A stretch of DNA of 64,000 nt from Podarcis pityusensis (Eukaryota). This document shows positions 1-12,000 of the stretch, in pieces. The stretch lies in the NCBI GenBank assembly GCA_964106645.2, contig OZ067045.1, one strand, 5' to 3'. Position 1 is the first letter of the stretch. Every line of letters begins with the position of its first letter. Both the position numbers and the translations under genes were made by a program. The notes below the pieces were generated by a model. That model had not been told where the DNA came from, searched no databases, and was given only the letters and a program-made list of their open reading frames with translations.

Positions 1-1718
1 ACCAATGGTGCCCTAGGTGCTGTACAAAGGACAAGACTTCATCTGCAACTCATTTCCTTATTTCTTCCTTTCCTCTCTCTTTTCTCCCTCCCTCCCTTCT
101 TCGTAGTATTTGATCCTGAAACAGAAGTTGGGGAGCCCAGATTGACTGCCGACTTGGAGGTCTCCAGCCTATGTTCCCAGTCAAACAGAAACAGATGTAA
201 CTGCTCTTACCAGCCATCAGGGGGAAGAAAGCATTGGGGGAGCAGCTCCCACCATGACTGCAGGGAAAAGCTTGTAGTTCCCTGGAGCTGGCTACTCCAC
301 ATGCCCCCAGCTTTGATGTTTGTGAAAGCAACAGTGAAGATTCTCTTCCGATTTATCTGTTGTGAGTGAGGCTCAGAGCCCATTTCTACAGACTGATAGC
401 TGGTCTACCTTGGATGAAATCTGAACTTTACATGAGCTATTAGCACCCTTTATGGTCTTTGTATTGGCTTGTTCTGCAGTCTGTTGGTTGTTGACCTTGG
501 CTGCATGTGGATGATTTGACAGAAGGAGGTAAGTCCCAAATTGGAGACGGAGCTTTGTGGCTTCATAGAGTTCAGCTCCCATAACTGTACTTCAGAGCTT
601 ACAAATATCACTGTGAAGTGACAGACATGGCTCTTAACCTTTGTAGAACAGGCTGCATTCAAGCCACACAGTGTTTAGATGTGCATCAGCACACCCACAA
701 CCACCTCTCCATCCTCCATGGACAATTTCTAAAAAGAGTTAAATGCACACCTGTGACAGAGGGTGTAGTGCAGAGACTTTTAAGGGAAGATGGATGAAGA
801 AAAGCTGATACTGTGGAGAACACACAAGAGGATAACAAGTGGGTGGCATCATCATGTAGGTGTTCCATAAAAAATGAGGGAACAATGTGTTAGCTCTCTG
901 CTAAATGTGCAAAACAAGGGCTGTTGGACTCTAGGGGAACTGCAAGTGTCTAGCGTAGACAACTGCTGGATGTCTCTATTCCATTACTTATTTTGTTGTC
1001 CTTTTTCTCATGTTGCACTAGGCCAAACCATGGCTTACTGAGACCAAAGAGGAATCCAAGTCCACTTTCGTCTCCCTGCTACTTGCCTTACTCTTGCTTT
1101 TGATGAGATGCTCTTTAGAAGGTGCCCCATGCAAACAGGACCTCTCTGCAGCTAGAAACTTGGATTTTCAAAGGGATAAAATGGCTATCAAGAGCACTGG
1201 TCAGGCACCCAATATCCTGGTCCCAGGCTTCTTTGGGGAGAGGAGAGATACGGTCATGACTACTTGAAACTAAACAAACACATGCACAAGCCTGGCTAAG
1301 AACCAGTTTCCTTCAGAACCTCCAGGCTCCCAGTTTGGCAGAGCTCCAGGCAGTCCGTTCTGGCCAGAAAGAAGAGACTCTGAAGTTTTGGCTTCCTGTT
1401 TCCTTCAAGGGGTTGAAGGGAGTTTCCGAACCTGTATTTTTTTTTGGCAGTTTGTATATCCTGGTTCCCTCCTAAAGAATAGATGTTGCTTGATAAGTGG
1501 TATGTTCTATGGCACGTGCCTTTGTTTGTCCTGCTTGTAAACCTAAAGGGACTCAAGGAGGCAGGTGACTAGAGAGAGAATGTTTAACACTGTTTGGGGT
1601 CTCATCACCCACACTTGTAGGGATCAAGACATTTGCCCCCTTTTAAGGGAACGGGAAGAAATTCACTTAGCCAGGACCTTTCAATTCTTAGCTCTGGCAC
1701 AACCAGAACCTCTTAGAT

Positions 1719-1854
1719 CAGGCTTCTTCAACCTCGGCCCTCCACATGTTTTTGGCCTACAACTCCCATGATCCCTAGCTAGCAGGACCAGTGGTCAGGG
1801 ATGATGGGAATTGTAGTCTCCTAACATCTGGAGGGCTGAGGTTGAGGAAGCCTA
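1719..1854. mobile_element. Palindromic hAT-type MITE with an 8-bp target-site duplication
   Basis: TIRs CAGGCTTCTTCAACCT / AGGTTGAGGAAGCCTA; flanks TCTTAGAT (1711-1718) and TCTTAGAC (1855-1862). Confidence 0.85.
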
Positions 1855-1878
1855 TCTTAGACTCTTGCCGACATAAAT

Positions 1879-1884
1879 TTTATT
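1879..1884 (-). terminator. EVA1B: Candidate EVA1B polyadenylation signal (AATAAA)
   Basis: First minus-strand AATAAA I found downstream of the EVA1B stop; would give a 3'UTR of about 2.8 kb. Confidence 0.4.
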
Positions 1885-4678
1885 TGTGGGGCCCTCCTTT
1901 CTATTCCCCCACCCAAACTGAATTGGGTAGGTCAGGTTTTAATTTCAACAGTGCCAGCTAAATGATGTTTGTTTTGGTGGGGTGGTCATAAGCCTCACTC
2001 ATTAACTTCCCCCTTACACCAGATAATATGAGGAAAATGATATTAAGCCTCACTTAAGAGGCTGGCATAATAACCTTCCCATGCACAGACATAAAGAAGT
2101 GGCACACAAGCCTTGAAAAAATGTGGGGCAGGATAAAACCCAGAAGGATTTCAGGGTGGCTGGAGACACTGGCCTTGGAGATGCTGTGTGTGTGTGTGAA
2201 ATCCCAACATAGTTGATGATGTGGATATAAAAAACAGATGTCACATTCCTAACCTTCAACAGATGGGAACAGGGAAGACCCTGGGCTGGCACAGGCTCTC
2301 TTTGGGGCATCTGGACCCAGAAGCCTTGCCTTCTTTTCCCACTCCCTAGATGCAGGATGGCTTCCTTCCCCCAACACCCCTTCTCATCCCCTCATCCACT
2401 GCATTCCAGGCAACATCCTGCCCAGCCCCCCCCCCCCCGCCTGCCTGCAGGAAAACATCTGGCTCCAATTAGAGCAGCAGCAGGAGGAGAGGACGGGCTA
2501 TTTTTATCAAGCCAAACTAGGGAGGAGTGGGATAAAGAGCTAAAGGAGCAGGGAGGAAGGGGTGTGTGCCTTGAGCCCTTTTTGTCCCAGGACCAATGAC
2601 CCCAAATGTCCTACCAGGGGCCAGATGCTGTCAGGGGTGGGGTTTGTTTTCTTGGATGGAAGAATTGGTTGTTTTCCCTAATTGCAAAATAAACTCTTTA
2701 AGCATCTGATTTTCAGCTGTGCTTGTCCCTGCTCCGCACTGCCCATTCCCAGCCCAGACAGATTTACTCTGCTCTCACTCTCCACCCCTCCCACATCACC
2801 AGTGCTGTGTCTCTGGGGGAAAACATGCGGCTACTGGACAGAGGCTTTGACCCTGGGAAGCCAACCCCAACCTGACCCCCCCCCTCTTCCCACCAGCCTG
2901 TTACTGTTTTCCAAGATTGAGTCAAGGGACAGGTGGGGGGTGGGGAGGAGGTTTGTGGGAACCAAGCAGAGGGCTCCCAAACAAGGAAGGTCAGTAAGAG
3001 CCTTCAAGTAGCATGGGTACAAAAAACTCTTCTTCCAACAACACAGGGAAGGTCTGGTGCAGAGGAGAACCAGCCTTTTTCAGGAAAAGACTAGACATCC
3101 TTCACGTTGGCTGGTCTGTGTGTGTGTGAATGGGGACAGAGAGAAAGTTAAAGGAAGTTATACTACCAAAATATGCTTGGAACATGGCCAAGAGTCTCTC
3201 AGATTCCCCCGCCCTCTTAAACCTCCCATCTGGCTCCTTCCTGTGCATTAAGGGGCTTAGAGAGAGAGGCATTGGCAAAGCATCTCAACCAAAGGAGGTT
3301 CCACCAGGGGCAGGGGAAAGCTAGCCTTCCCGCCTGCTTCCCCCATTTTCCTTGTTACCCAGGTAAAATTAGGCAGAGGACCAGAGGTGAGACCACAAGG
3401 CAAGTTGTGGAAAACTGGAATGAAGTTTATGAAAGATAAGGCACATTTTTACACAAAAGTTTACCGGCCTGTTAAAAACCAAGGTTGTCCTGTATACAAC
3501 ATGGGTCTGTGCAAAGTTGAAAGAGTCCCCCTCTGGGGTACATGGGCACCAGGCACAAAGCCCCACAGGACCAGTGGGAGGGTTGCTAATCCCCCCTTTT
3601 TTTTCCATCCGGGGAAAGAGCCATAAAGGCCACTGGACAATGCTGCTGCTTGATAATACTTAGCCAAACCACACCCTGTTTGTGGAATGAGAGGAGTCAG
3701 GCAGCAAAGGAAGTGCTGGGGTCATCCCCAAGCTGCCTCCCTGCAGGATGCGCCCCAGTTGTGCATCAACCTGGCTGAAGGTGGGATGAGATGAAGTGCT
3801 GCACCCTGAGAATTCACTGGGAGTTTCCTGGTAGTGTGGAAAAATACTGAAGTTGGCATTTACCTGTTCCCTATGCAGCTCCTTGAAATAATAAGCACCA
3901 TTTGGGAGGGGTAGGAGAAAAACAGGCTTCCAACACAGCCAGGAAAAAAGGGAGATACAGAACTTTGTCACGGTTGATCTGTCTCCCTTGGTATGTAGTT
4001 GTGTGTAAGCACGGGTGGGTTGAAGTTCCTTGCAGTCTATTCCCTCCAACCCATCCCTTTAGAGGTACCTGGACAGGTGCAACAAGACCCGCCCCCCCCC
4101 ACTGCTGCCACAATCCTCCCCAAGAGCACCATATTCCTTTTTTGCCTACTAAATCAGTTAAGCACAATGCAAGCCAGAGTCCTGCATGCAAGTACTGAGT
4201 TTGGTCTGTTCAGGCTGGTGAACTGCAACCCCCGTACCTTTCTGTTACTGCAGTGGGCACTGCTACACCACTTTCCATGTTCCCTACACATGTCCATTGT
4301 GAAAATCAGGAATAGTCCTCACACGTAAACAAAAGAACTGGCATTAGTTCTGTGTGCTGCTCCTTTACTTTGCCTGCACTGCCTTCCCTCTCAAGTTCCC
4401 AGGAGGAAAAGGAGCAGAGTCCTTGAATTTGCTGTCCAACAGTTTAACTAACTCATCTTGGTCCTTCTTGCCATTTTATCACTGTCAATTGATCCTCTCT
4501 CACCCCTGTGTGAAACCGCTGCCTCTTATCTGGCATCAGGGCAGGTCTTGCAATGTTTGAGATACTGGCTGGGTGAAGTGATTAACCATAAATCCCTTGG
4601 GGTGAGACAAGGGGGTTCAAGAGTTCAGTAGCAGTCCACCCTGCCCGGGTGAGGAATGTGACCATGGCCAACCATGGG

Positions 4679-5100
4679 TCAATAGTAGTGGACTCTGCCA
4701 ATGGTGCCAGTGCCTGTGCCCAGGATGTCAGGCTGCCCATTGCGCCAGATCTCCCGGAGGATGCGTTCCCGCTCCTCCAGCCGCTGGGCACGCTCCAGCT
4801 CTTCCGCCGAGGCAAAGACGTTGACGGTGAGGGTTCCATCAGGGGTGGAGTGGGCCTCCAGCGGCAGCTCCGTCATAGCCAAGGGGGGCTCAGAAGCCGC
4901 TTGGTCAATGGTGTCTTCTTCCTCCTCATCGTCATCATCCTCTTCGTCCTCATCTTCACTGAAGTCGCGTAGGCTTTTTCGGGGCTTGCGGGGGATGGCC
5001 TGAGGCTGCCATGAGATGTGGATGACCAGCAGGCAGAGGGTCAAGACAAGGCCAAAGCAGACCCCCAGCACGAAATAAAGGCCAAAGCTCTCAGGGTGAT
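4679..5100 (-). CDS. EVA1B: EVA1B (eva-1 homolog B / FAM176B), last coding exon: transmembrane segment, acidic tract, C-terminus
   Basis: Acceptor ...tctctgtcatctag|AT CAC CCT GAG. Translates (D)HPESFGLYFVLGVCFGLVLTLCLLVIHISW...NVFASAEELERAQRLEERERILREIWRNGQPDILGTGTGTIGRVHYY*, the EVA1-family signature. TGA at 4681-4679. Confidence 0.96.
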
Positions 5101-5229
5101 CTAGATGACAGAGACATGGAGGAGAGGGTCAGAAATAGGCTAGGAAGACCACCGAGGAGACCGGCTTTTGAGATTCAAATGGTAGTGAAGGGGACAGAAA
5201 TGGTTAGGAGCTGGGGCTCCCACAGACTC

Positions 5230-5470
5230 TGTAGACATTAGGTGGTAAGAAACTGAGTTGATTTGCCATTTCTTTGTGGATGCTGGAATTTTAGTAGCCA
5301 AACACTGAAAGACACCAGAGATTTAAACTATTGTGCAGCTGGAGGTGAAGGGCTGTTCAGTACTAAGTGCTTAAAACTTAGATAAATACTATGGTGGAGG
5401 AAAAGTACAATGACATATATAGAAAATATAGGGATATAGTTTCTTCTGTGTGAAATAAAGAAATGGCCTT
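5230..5470 (+). mobile_element. Possible old L1/Tx1-type LINE 3' fragment in the EVA1B intron
   Basis: A-rich degenerate segment resembling the ORF2 C-terminal 'A.HWK...EK' region. Weak. Confidence 0.3.
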
Positions 5471-6133
5471 TGAATAGCTGGGATGTAATGAAGGAATACG
5501 GAAGTGGGTACAGGAAGAAGGCAATTAATTTGACATGGTAGTCTTTCGCTGAGGTTTCTTAAATAGTTACCAGAGTATTATTTATTTATTTTGCTTTGTA
5601 AATGCTCAGTTTCAGGCGTTTGTGAATTGCACATCAAGGGATGGATAGCCTTCATCCTCAATGACACAGCGCTATACGAATTAGTTTATGAATGAAAGAA
5701 TGAATGAATGAATGAATGGAAGAGCATGGTGTTGAATGCCTCCCACTGTTTTCCATTATGAAGTCAAGGAGGTATCCTAAATCACACAGCACTGTATGGA
5801 GCAATATAACTTTTATAATGTTAAGTTGACCAAGAGGGTTCCTGAACTTGAAATGCAGTGGACTATATTGGCTTCTGAGAGAAGAAATCCAAAGGCTGGT
5901 GGCTAAATTGGCCGGTCAGTTCATAAATGCAGGTAAACCAGTCTCCATTCTGGGGATGGGGAGGAAGGAGGTTGGCCTGCCATTTTGAAACAGGAGGAAG
6001 AAGATCCTCCATCCACATCCCAAGATAGTGTGCTGAGGACGGATAGTGGGAACAAGATGCCACCTCTGGCCAAGTGCCAGAGACTGCCATTGCTCACATA
6101 TATGTCTGCCCCTGCCCCCATTTCCTGACCCAC

Positions 6134-6200
6134 CTCGAATGTGTGCATAGGCTGCCATGCTGTTGCTCAGCAGCTCCATCTCCCGCTTGTGGGTCTCCAT
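6134..6200 (-). CDS. EVA1B: EVA1B first coding exon (METHKREMELLSNSMAAYAHIR); the exon starts at 6219
   Basis: Perfect Kozak GCCACCATGG, acceptor tcctcccag|G at 6219, donor CGAG|GTGGGT in phase 1. 67+422 nt = 163 codons, so 162 aa. Confidence 0.95.
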
Positions 6201-6344
6201 GGTGGCTCCTCAGTGGCACCTGGGAGGACAGGGAGGAGGGGTCGTTATTAGCATATTACTCCTGCCCAATTCCTTAGAATTAGGAGACACGGTTCATCTA
6301 ACAATTTGTTCAGACAGGAGGCAGCTCGACTGGAAAGAGGACTA

Positions 6345-6965
6345 AATGACAGGGTGTCCATGAAGAATTGCAGAGAACATCAGGCTAAGGGCCTTCAGAA
6401 AGAACACAGAGGACCTTCTATCAATATCCCTGCTGAGGAGCAAGGACAGAATTGTTTGTGGTCTGAGATAGGACAGTGTCACCAATGGTCTTCAGAATCG
6501 TATTCACAAACATTGGCATCTCAAGATAGCGTTCTATGTTTAGAGAGCAAACCTTTAATCACAAAAGAACAAGGAACTTAAAGCACTGGTTGGTCCGCAG
6601 CGATTCTAATGTAAAATCCACCATAGTCCATTATCTTGGGAATATCTAAGCTCTCTGGCCACCATCCCTGCAGACACTGCATTCACTGTAATCATACAAG
6701 TAAATTTTACATGTTCACAAATCCAACAGTTTATACCAGCCAACATTTCTCCATGTGCAGTAGCAGTTATGTAGAATATGCCACTTGGTGTGCATGCAGG
6801 AAACTGTATGTGGGTCAAACACAAAGACCACTACAAATGAGCACCTCAGTAACATGTGGGATAAAAACAAGGTACACTGCCCCCACTGTGAATCATTTCT
6901 TAGAACCAGGTCACATAAAGCTGAATGCACACAAGTTAAATGCATGTGGGTTGCAGGTCTACTAA
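6345..6965 (+). mobile_element. Degenerate Penelope-like retroelement fragment (RT thumb/linker plus GIY-YIG endonuclease)
   Basis: Frameshifted translation gives ..IHKHWHL..KPLIT/KRTRNLKHWLVRSD..CRHCIHC..CSSSYVEYATWCACRKLYVGQTQRPL..EHLS..VNHFLEPGH, the typical layout of a PLE C-terminus. Confidence 0.8.
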
Positions 6966-8477
6966 GATGCCTCCAACAAAGGAATTTCTCTAAAATGGGT
7001 CGGGCTTTTAATAAATTGATTGTGGCACTCCTGAGAACTCCTCTCTCTCGGTTTTGCTCACACTGTGGGGTGCACAGCCCCAGAACTCTTAAGCTTAAAG
7101 GGCAAACAGCTGAGATAGTTTTAAATTGCCAAATAAAAGAAACCTTGGGGGCTTGACTGTGCCAAACAACTGCCCCCCCCATTAATTAGCAAAACAGCTG
7201 CCTTGCTTCCCTCAGGCCCCCAGGCCAGTCATGGGGTTGCTGGACAGGACAGCCTCTCAGGCTACAAAGTCCTGTGACAGTCATCCCTTCCAGGGGGCCT
7301 CTTCCGACATGCGTCACACACCACACCCCGGGCAAGCTTGGATGGAGGCATCTGTCAGTGACTCTGCAAGCTGAAAAGAGGGGCGCCAAAGGATACAAAG
7401 AATTTCCTGTGGCATTTAATCCTCTCAGTGACCCAGGCCTTTGAGTTTCATGCCCAAACAGGGTTTGAACCCAAGTTTCTCCATACCCAAACCCAATGCA
7501 TTATTCACACTGCCTTGTCATGCACCGAGGCCCAATGTTTAATTTACGCTTGTGCATGACCCTGGGAACAGAGTCCCAGCAAATGTTTCCTCTCTTCCCC
7601 CATCCCTTAAGCCCCCCACCCCCAGGGCACTTCCTGCCACTGTCACAGGAAAAGATGCATCCTCAGTGGTGGGAAGATGGCTTGTTGTTTGGAGACCGGA
7701 TGTTGCCTCTTCCTCTGCCCCCACCCAGCAACAGCCGCACTCAGGAGTCTTCCAGGTCAAGGCTATTTCTGGCAGGTTGAAAGGATGTTGCAAAGGGACC
7801 AGAGGACATACTCCAGGGTGGACAGAACAAAGGCCAGGGAAGAAGCTGATAGTCATAGAATTGTAGATGCTGGAAGGAACCCTGAGTATAATCTAGTCCA
7901 ACCCCTTGCAATGCAGGAATATGTGGCTGTCCCATACGGGGATCAAACCTGCAATCAGAGCAAAAAGGTATTGAGGACAGAAGGACAGGTTGGGTCTGAG
8001 ACTCTCAGGTTCAAACTAGATCTGAGTCAAAAGCTTTGAAGATTCTCAAGCTGCATGTGAACACAAATTTTCACCAATATTACTACCCACTGACTCCTTA
8101 AACAGGGCCTTGGGCAAATAATTATTCCTGGCCCCCACTTCCATTGAATAATAGATAGAAAGCACCCCACCCCCATTGAGGACAACATGCTGGATTGGAT
8201 GCCCCCTTGAGCAATGAGCAGCTCACAGCCACCCATTTTCAGGAGCCATCCAGGCAGATGCCAGCCTCATCTGCAAACAGAACTCTCCCCCCTCACCCCA
8301 CAAGCTTTTCATGAGTCCAAGATTTCCTAAAGCTCTGAGCGACCCTTTGATGAGAGCCAGGCAGCTGGGCTGGGCAGCAGGCCAGAGAAGAAGAGGGGGT
8401 TGGTTTTGGGAAAAAATTACCTCCTCTTCTGAACATGCTAAGGATAAACCATGCAAAGTTATGGGCCCCAAACATAA

Positions 8478-8732
8478 CAACATAAGACCAGCCTGCGGGA
8501 TCAGGCCCATGGCCCATCTAGTCCAACATCCTGTTCTCACAGTGCTCAGTCAGATGCCCTAAAGGGGAAACAGCAACCAGGATTTTTCCAGTGGTTTCCA
8601 GCAACTGGTATTGAGAAGCATTGCTGCCTCTGACTGGTCGTGGCTAGTAGCTATCATGGTTGTTAGTCCACAATAGCCCTCTCCTCCGTGAATTTGTCTA
8701 AACTGCTTTTAGAGTCATTTAGCTTGGTGACT
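8478..8732 (-). mobile_element. CR1 LINE 3' fragment, interrupted by a Sauria SINE
   Basis: Matches the CR1 3' end at 18269-18712 (GGATCAGGCC..GGCCCATCTAGTCCA.CATCC; TTCCAGCAACTGGTATT.AGAAGCATTGCTGCCTCTGA). Confidence 0.75.
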
Positions 8733-9084
8733 GGGACGCGGGTGGCGCTGTGGGTTAAACCACAGAACCTAGGACTTGCTGATCAGAAGGTCGGCAGTTC
8801 GAATCCCCGCGATGGGGTGAGCTCCCGTTACTCGGTCCCTGCTCCTGCCAACCTAGCAGTTCGAAAGCACGTCAAAGTGCAAGTAGATAAATAGGTACCG
8901 CTCCGGTGGGAAGGGAAACGCTGTTTCCGTGCATTGCTCTGGTTCGCCAGAAGCGGCTTAGTCATGCTGGCCACATGACCCGGAAGCTGTACGCTGGCTC
9001 CCTCGGCCAATAAAGCGAGATGAGCGCCACAACCCCAGTTGGCCACAACTGGACCTAATGGTCAGGGGTCCCTTTACCTTTACC
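8733..9084 (+). mobile_element. Full-length Sauria SINE (Podarcis/lacertid type) with a 13-bp TSD
   Basis: tRNA-derived head GGGACGCGGGTGGCGCTGTGG with B-box GTTCGAATCC, BovB-like tail ending in (ACCTTT)n; TSD TAGCTTGGTGACT (8720-8732) / TAGCTTGTTGACT (9085-9097). Confidence 0.93.
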
Positions 9085-10827
9085 TAGCTTGTTGACTACC
9101 ACTGCCTTGTTGATCTGGGATGTGAGTTTGGTCACTTCTGCTGGGAAGGAGAGCACCTCCTCCTGTTACCTCCCACTGTTCATCTCTACAAGGAATGCAG
9201 AGAAGGTTCTGCATCAGGGGTCTGTTCAGTTCCTACCAGGCTGGCTAAGCAGTATTTCCACATAAGTCGGGGATAACAACAAAGTTGTAAGGGAGGGAAC
9301 AAGGGGGTGTTGCTGCTAACTTTCATCAAAGGTAAGAACTGCCTCTTCTCATTTGTCTGTGATGTTGGAAATTACGCACACACCCCTTGACCAACCCCAT
9401 GGCAGTACAGCAGGGATGGAATGGGAAAGGGAGTCTAAAAACCACTTGCAAAAATATTTGTAAAACTCGGAAATGAAAATGAGACATTTGGGCACAGAGG
9501 ATGAAACCCTTAAAAAAAACCAAAAAATGCAGAAAAACAGACTTGTGCCATCGATCACTAACTGGAGTGCAACACACACATATTGGGTAGGAAAGGGGTC
9601 CCCCCATGACCTGTTTTTCATCTGTTTTAGCTAATAAGCATAGAGATAAATGCTTCCATAATCTGATCAAAATAATTTGAGATAACGGAATAATTTTAAA
9701 AATAGGGATTTATGTTATGAAACCAATCTCACCAACAAAACCCAGCTTTGTCCTATTTAGAAGGTGCCTCAGATTCTCTCCCGCCCCCACTGGTACTTTC
9801 TGGGGAACTCTCATAGATGCATTTTTTTTTTATTTTTGGTTTTTTTTCTTTGCAGGGTGAATGAATTTCAAAGAGGGACCAGGCAGTTCCTCCTCCAGTT
9901 GAGCCTGAAATTAAAATGGAAACCGGCTTGGCTTGGTTGGAGTCTCTCCTGTGCTGACCAAATTGCCCAATGATGCCTGGCCTGTTGCAGCAAGAAGCCA
10001 AGAGTGCAGGAATGCAGGGGCGGGAGGGAGGGAGGGAGGGGGCGGGGAGGGGGGAACCAGCAGAAGCCAGACACAGACGCCGCTTCAGGCACAGTCCCGG
10101 TGCTCAATGTTGCTTTAAGCGCATCTCTGGGAATGTGCTAGCTAATAACAAAGGCAAGAATAACCAAAAGCATGCACAGAGTGCATCCCTCACATTGAGG
10201 AAACATTGCTTGTAATTTGGGGGAGGGGTGAGGGAGAGCAAATCTAGAAAGTTAATTTTTCAATTTCAACCCTTGGGCTGTTTATAGGTTCTATATAACA
10301 TCAAATTGTTTAAAAGGGAAGAAGAGTTTGGGTGTTTTTGGGGAGTGGGGGGGAGACTTTGTGAATATGTTACAGTGAACTGCAGCTTTGGCTGAAGACA
10401 TAATGTTAGTAGGGACTGGGAAAAGCTCCGTGAAATGGGATTTTCCACAGAGCGTTAAAGATGTAGAAACTGATCTCACCCAGTAACAACAGGATATTAA
10501 GATGTCACTGGGGGACTTGACTGGAGGTACAAGTCGTTGGCAAGACTCGGCTTAGAATTTAATAATAAATTCTGTCTCTGAGCATGGGCAGAGTGCTCTT
10601 GCATCCACAGCAAGCCCCCTCCCCCAATTTGGGATAAGAGAGGACCCTCCAAGGGCAGAGGTGATAACTAGCCAGGTCTGCTTTGTGAAATTAAGAGCAG
10701 TTACCCCATCCATTGGTGAAAGTGAGCCATGAAGGTTCAGGAGCTACACCTGAGTAGATTATTCATGCTACTACAGTAAAGGATGCGAGGAAGAGGCCAG
10801 AGATGGAGCCAACAGGGCTGTCCCTAG

Positions 10828-10972
10828 AGGTGGACTCTCCTTCACTGGAAGTTTTAAAGCAGAGGTTGGATGGCCATCTGCCAGAGATTCTTTAGCTGTG
10901 ATTCCCGCATTGCAAGGGGTTGGACTAGATGACTCTTTAGAGTCCCTTCCAACTCTACAATTCTTTGATTCT
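10828..10972 (+). mobile_element. CR1 LINE 3' tail
   Basis: GGTGGACTCTCCTTCACTGGAAGTTTTAAAGCAGAGGTTGGATGGCCATCTG...CCTTCCAACTCTACAATTCTTTGATTCT. Similar tails near 7853-7925(-), 38870-38985(+), 56757-56840(-). Confidence 0.85.
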
Positions 10973-11488
10973 AGGAACAAGCACAACTTCTTCTAAAGGA
11001 ACAGTTGCCAGAGTAGAATCGGACTGGAATCCCAAGACTTGTTCACCCACTATTTCCACTGAGAAGCTCCTTCCACAAAGCTCCTTCTATCAGCCCATCC
11101 TTCCCAAATGGCACAGGGACAAGATCCCCACTCAGGCATCACCCGAAAAGGATGAGATGCAACACCAAAAGAGGGGCAAAGAGGATGCAATTGCACAAAA
11201 TTTGGATGCACTAATTCACGAAAGCTTGCAAGTATTTACTGTGCTTTTGATGGAAATAGAGTACATCTCACCCTGGCAGGGAAGTTTGTGGGTAAGGTAA
11301 CCTGTGGCCCTGTGCTTGGTCTGCTATCCAAGTGCGTAGATGTGGATGGGCAACTTCCAGCTCTCCTTTCTGAAAAGTTTGCTATCTTCAAAGCAGATTT
11401 GAATGGGACCGTTACAAAGCGGCTCATGCAAATAGCAGCCACAGAATCCAGCTATCAGACCAACAGTGAGAAAGGGTGCCAGGCTTAC

Positions 11489-12000
11489 CGAGTGCAGGGT
11501 CCGTCCGAATTCAAGGCTGCTGCTCTGCCTCCATTGCAGTCCCTGTCAGAAGAAAGGAGCCTCTGAGAAGGAGGGGAGAAAGGGAGCCCCCCCCCCGCTT
11601 GAGCGGGATCTTACAGAGCAGCAGCAGACTGGCCTCTGGACTGAGCGGCTAATGGAAACTGCCGCTCACTTCCGTGCAGCTGGAAGCGCACAAATGTCAG
11701 GACCGGCCTGGATCCCTTTGGACAGTGAACCCGCCCCCTCCCCTGGAGCAGGAAGCCTGGGCTGGACACACGGACGGACACACACACACCCAGGGACACA
11801 CAGAGGGAGGAGAAGAGAAGGCCTCCTGTTTCTCTGCGTTCCGGGAGGAGCAGCCCCCAGGCAGCAGAGGGCCAGGCAGCAAGGAGGAGAGGCTTGCAAG
11901 GGCCAATGGACTGCAAAATCATTTGCAAAAGGAGCTGTTCCTGTGCCCGCCCGCCTGCCGTGATGGTCGAAGGGGCCCAGAGTCCACGGGAGGAAGTCAG
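11489..12000 (-). other. EVA1B: Candidate non-coding first exon / promoter region of EVA1B
   Basis: Locally CpG-enriched segment ending in a good minus-strand donor TCG|GTAAGC at 11489|11488. The 5' boundary is a guess. Confidence 0.4.

Noticed and set aside
1-4600. Naming SH3D21 in this window
   Set aside because: Expected by synteny, but no SH3D21-like peptide was recognisable.
4649-5003. Plus-strand ORFs with poly-Ser or hydrophobic runs
   Set aside because: Antisense shadows of the EVA1B acidic (GAR/GAY) tract.
9820-10140. Plus-strand T-rich tract ending TGCAG (acceptor-like), followed by GC-box and TEAD-like GGAATG motifs
   Set aside because: No convincing partner donor or ORF, and the motifs are too short to call without functional data.
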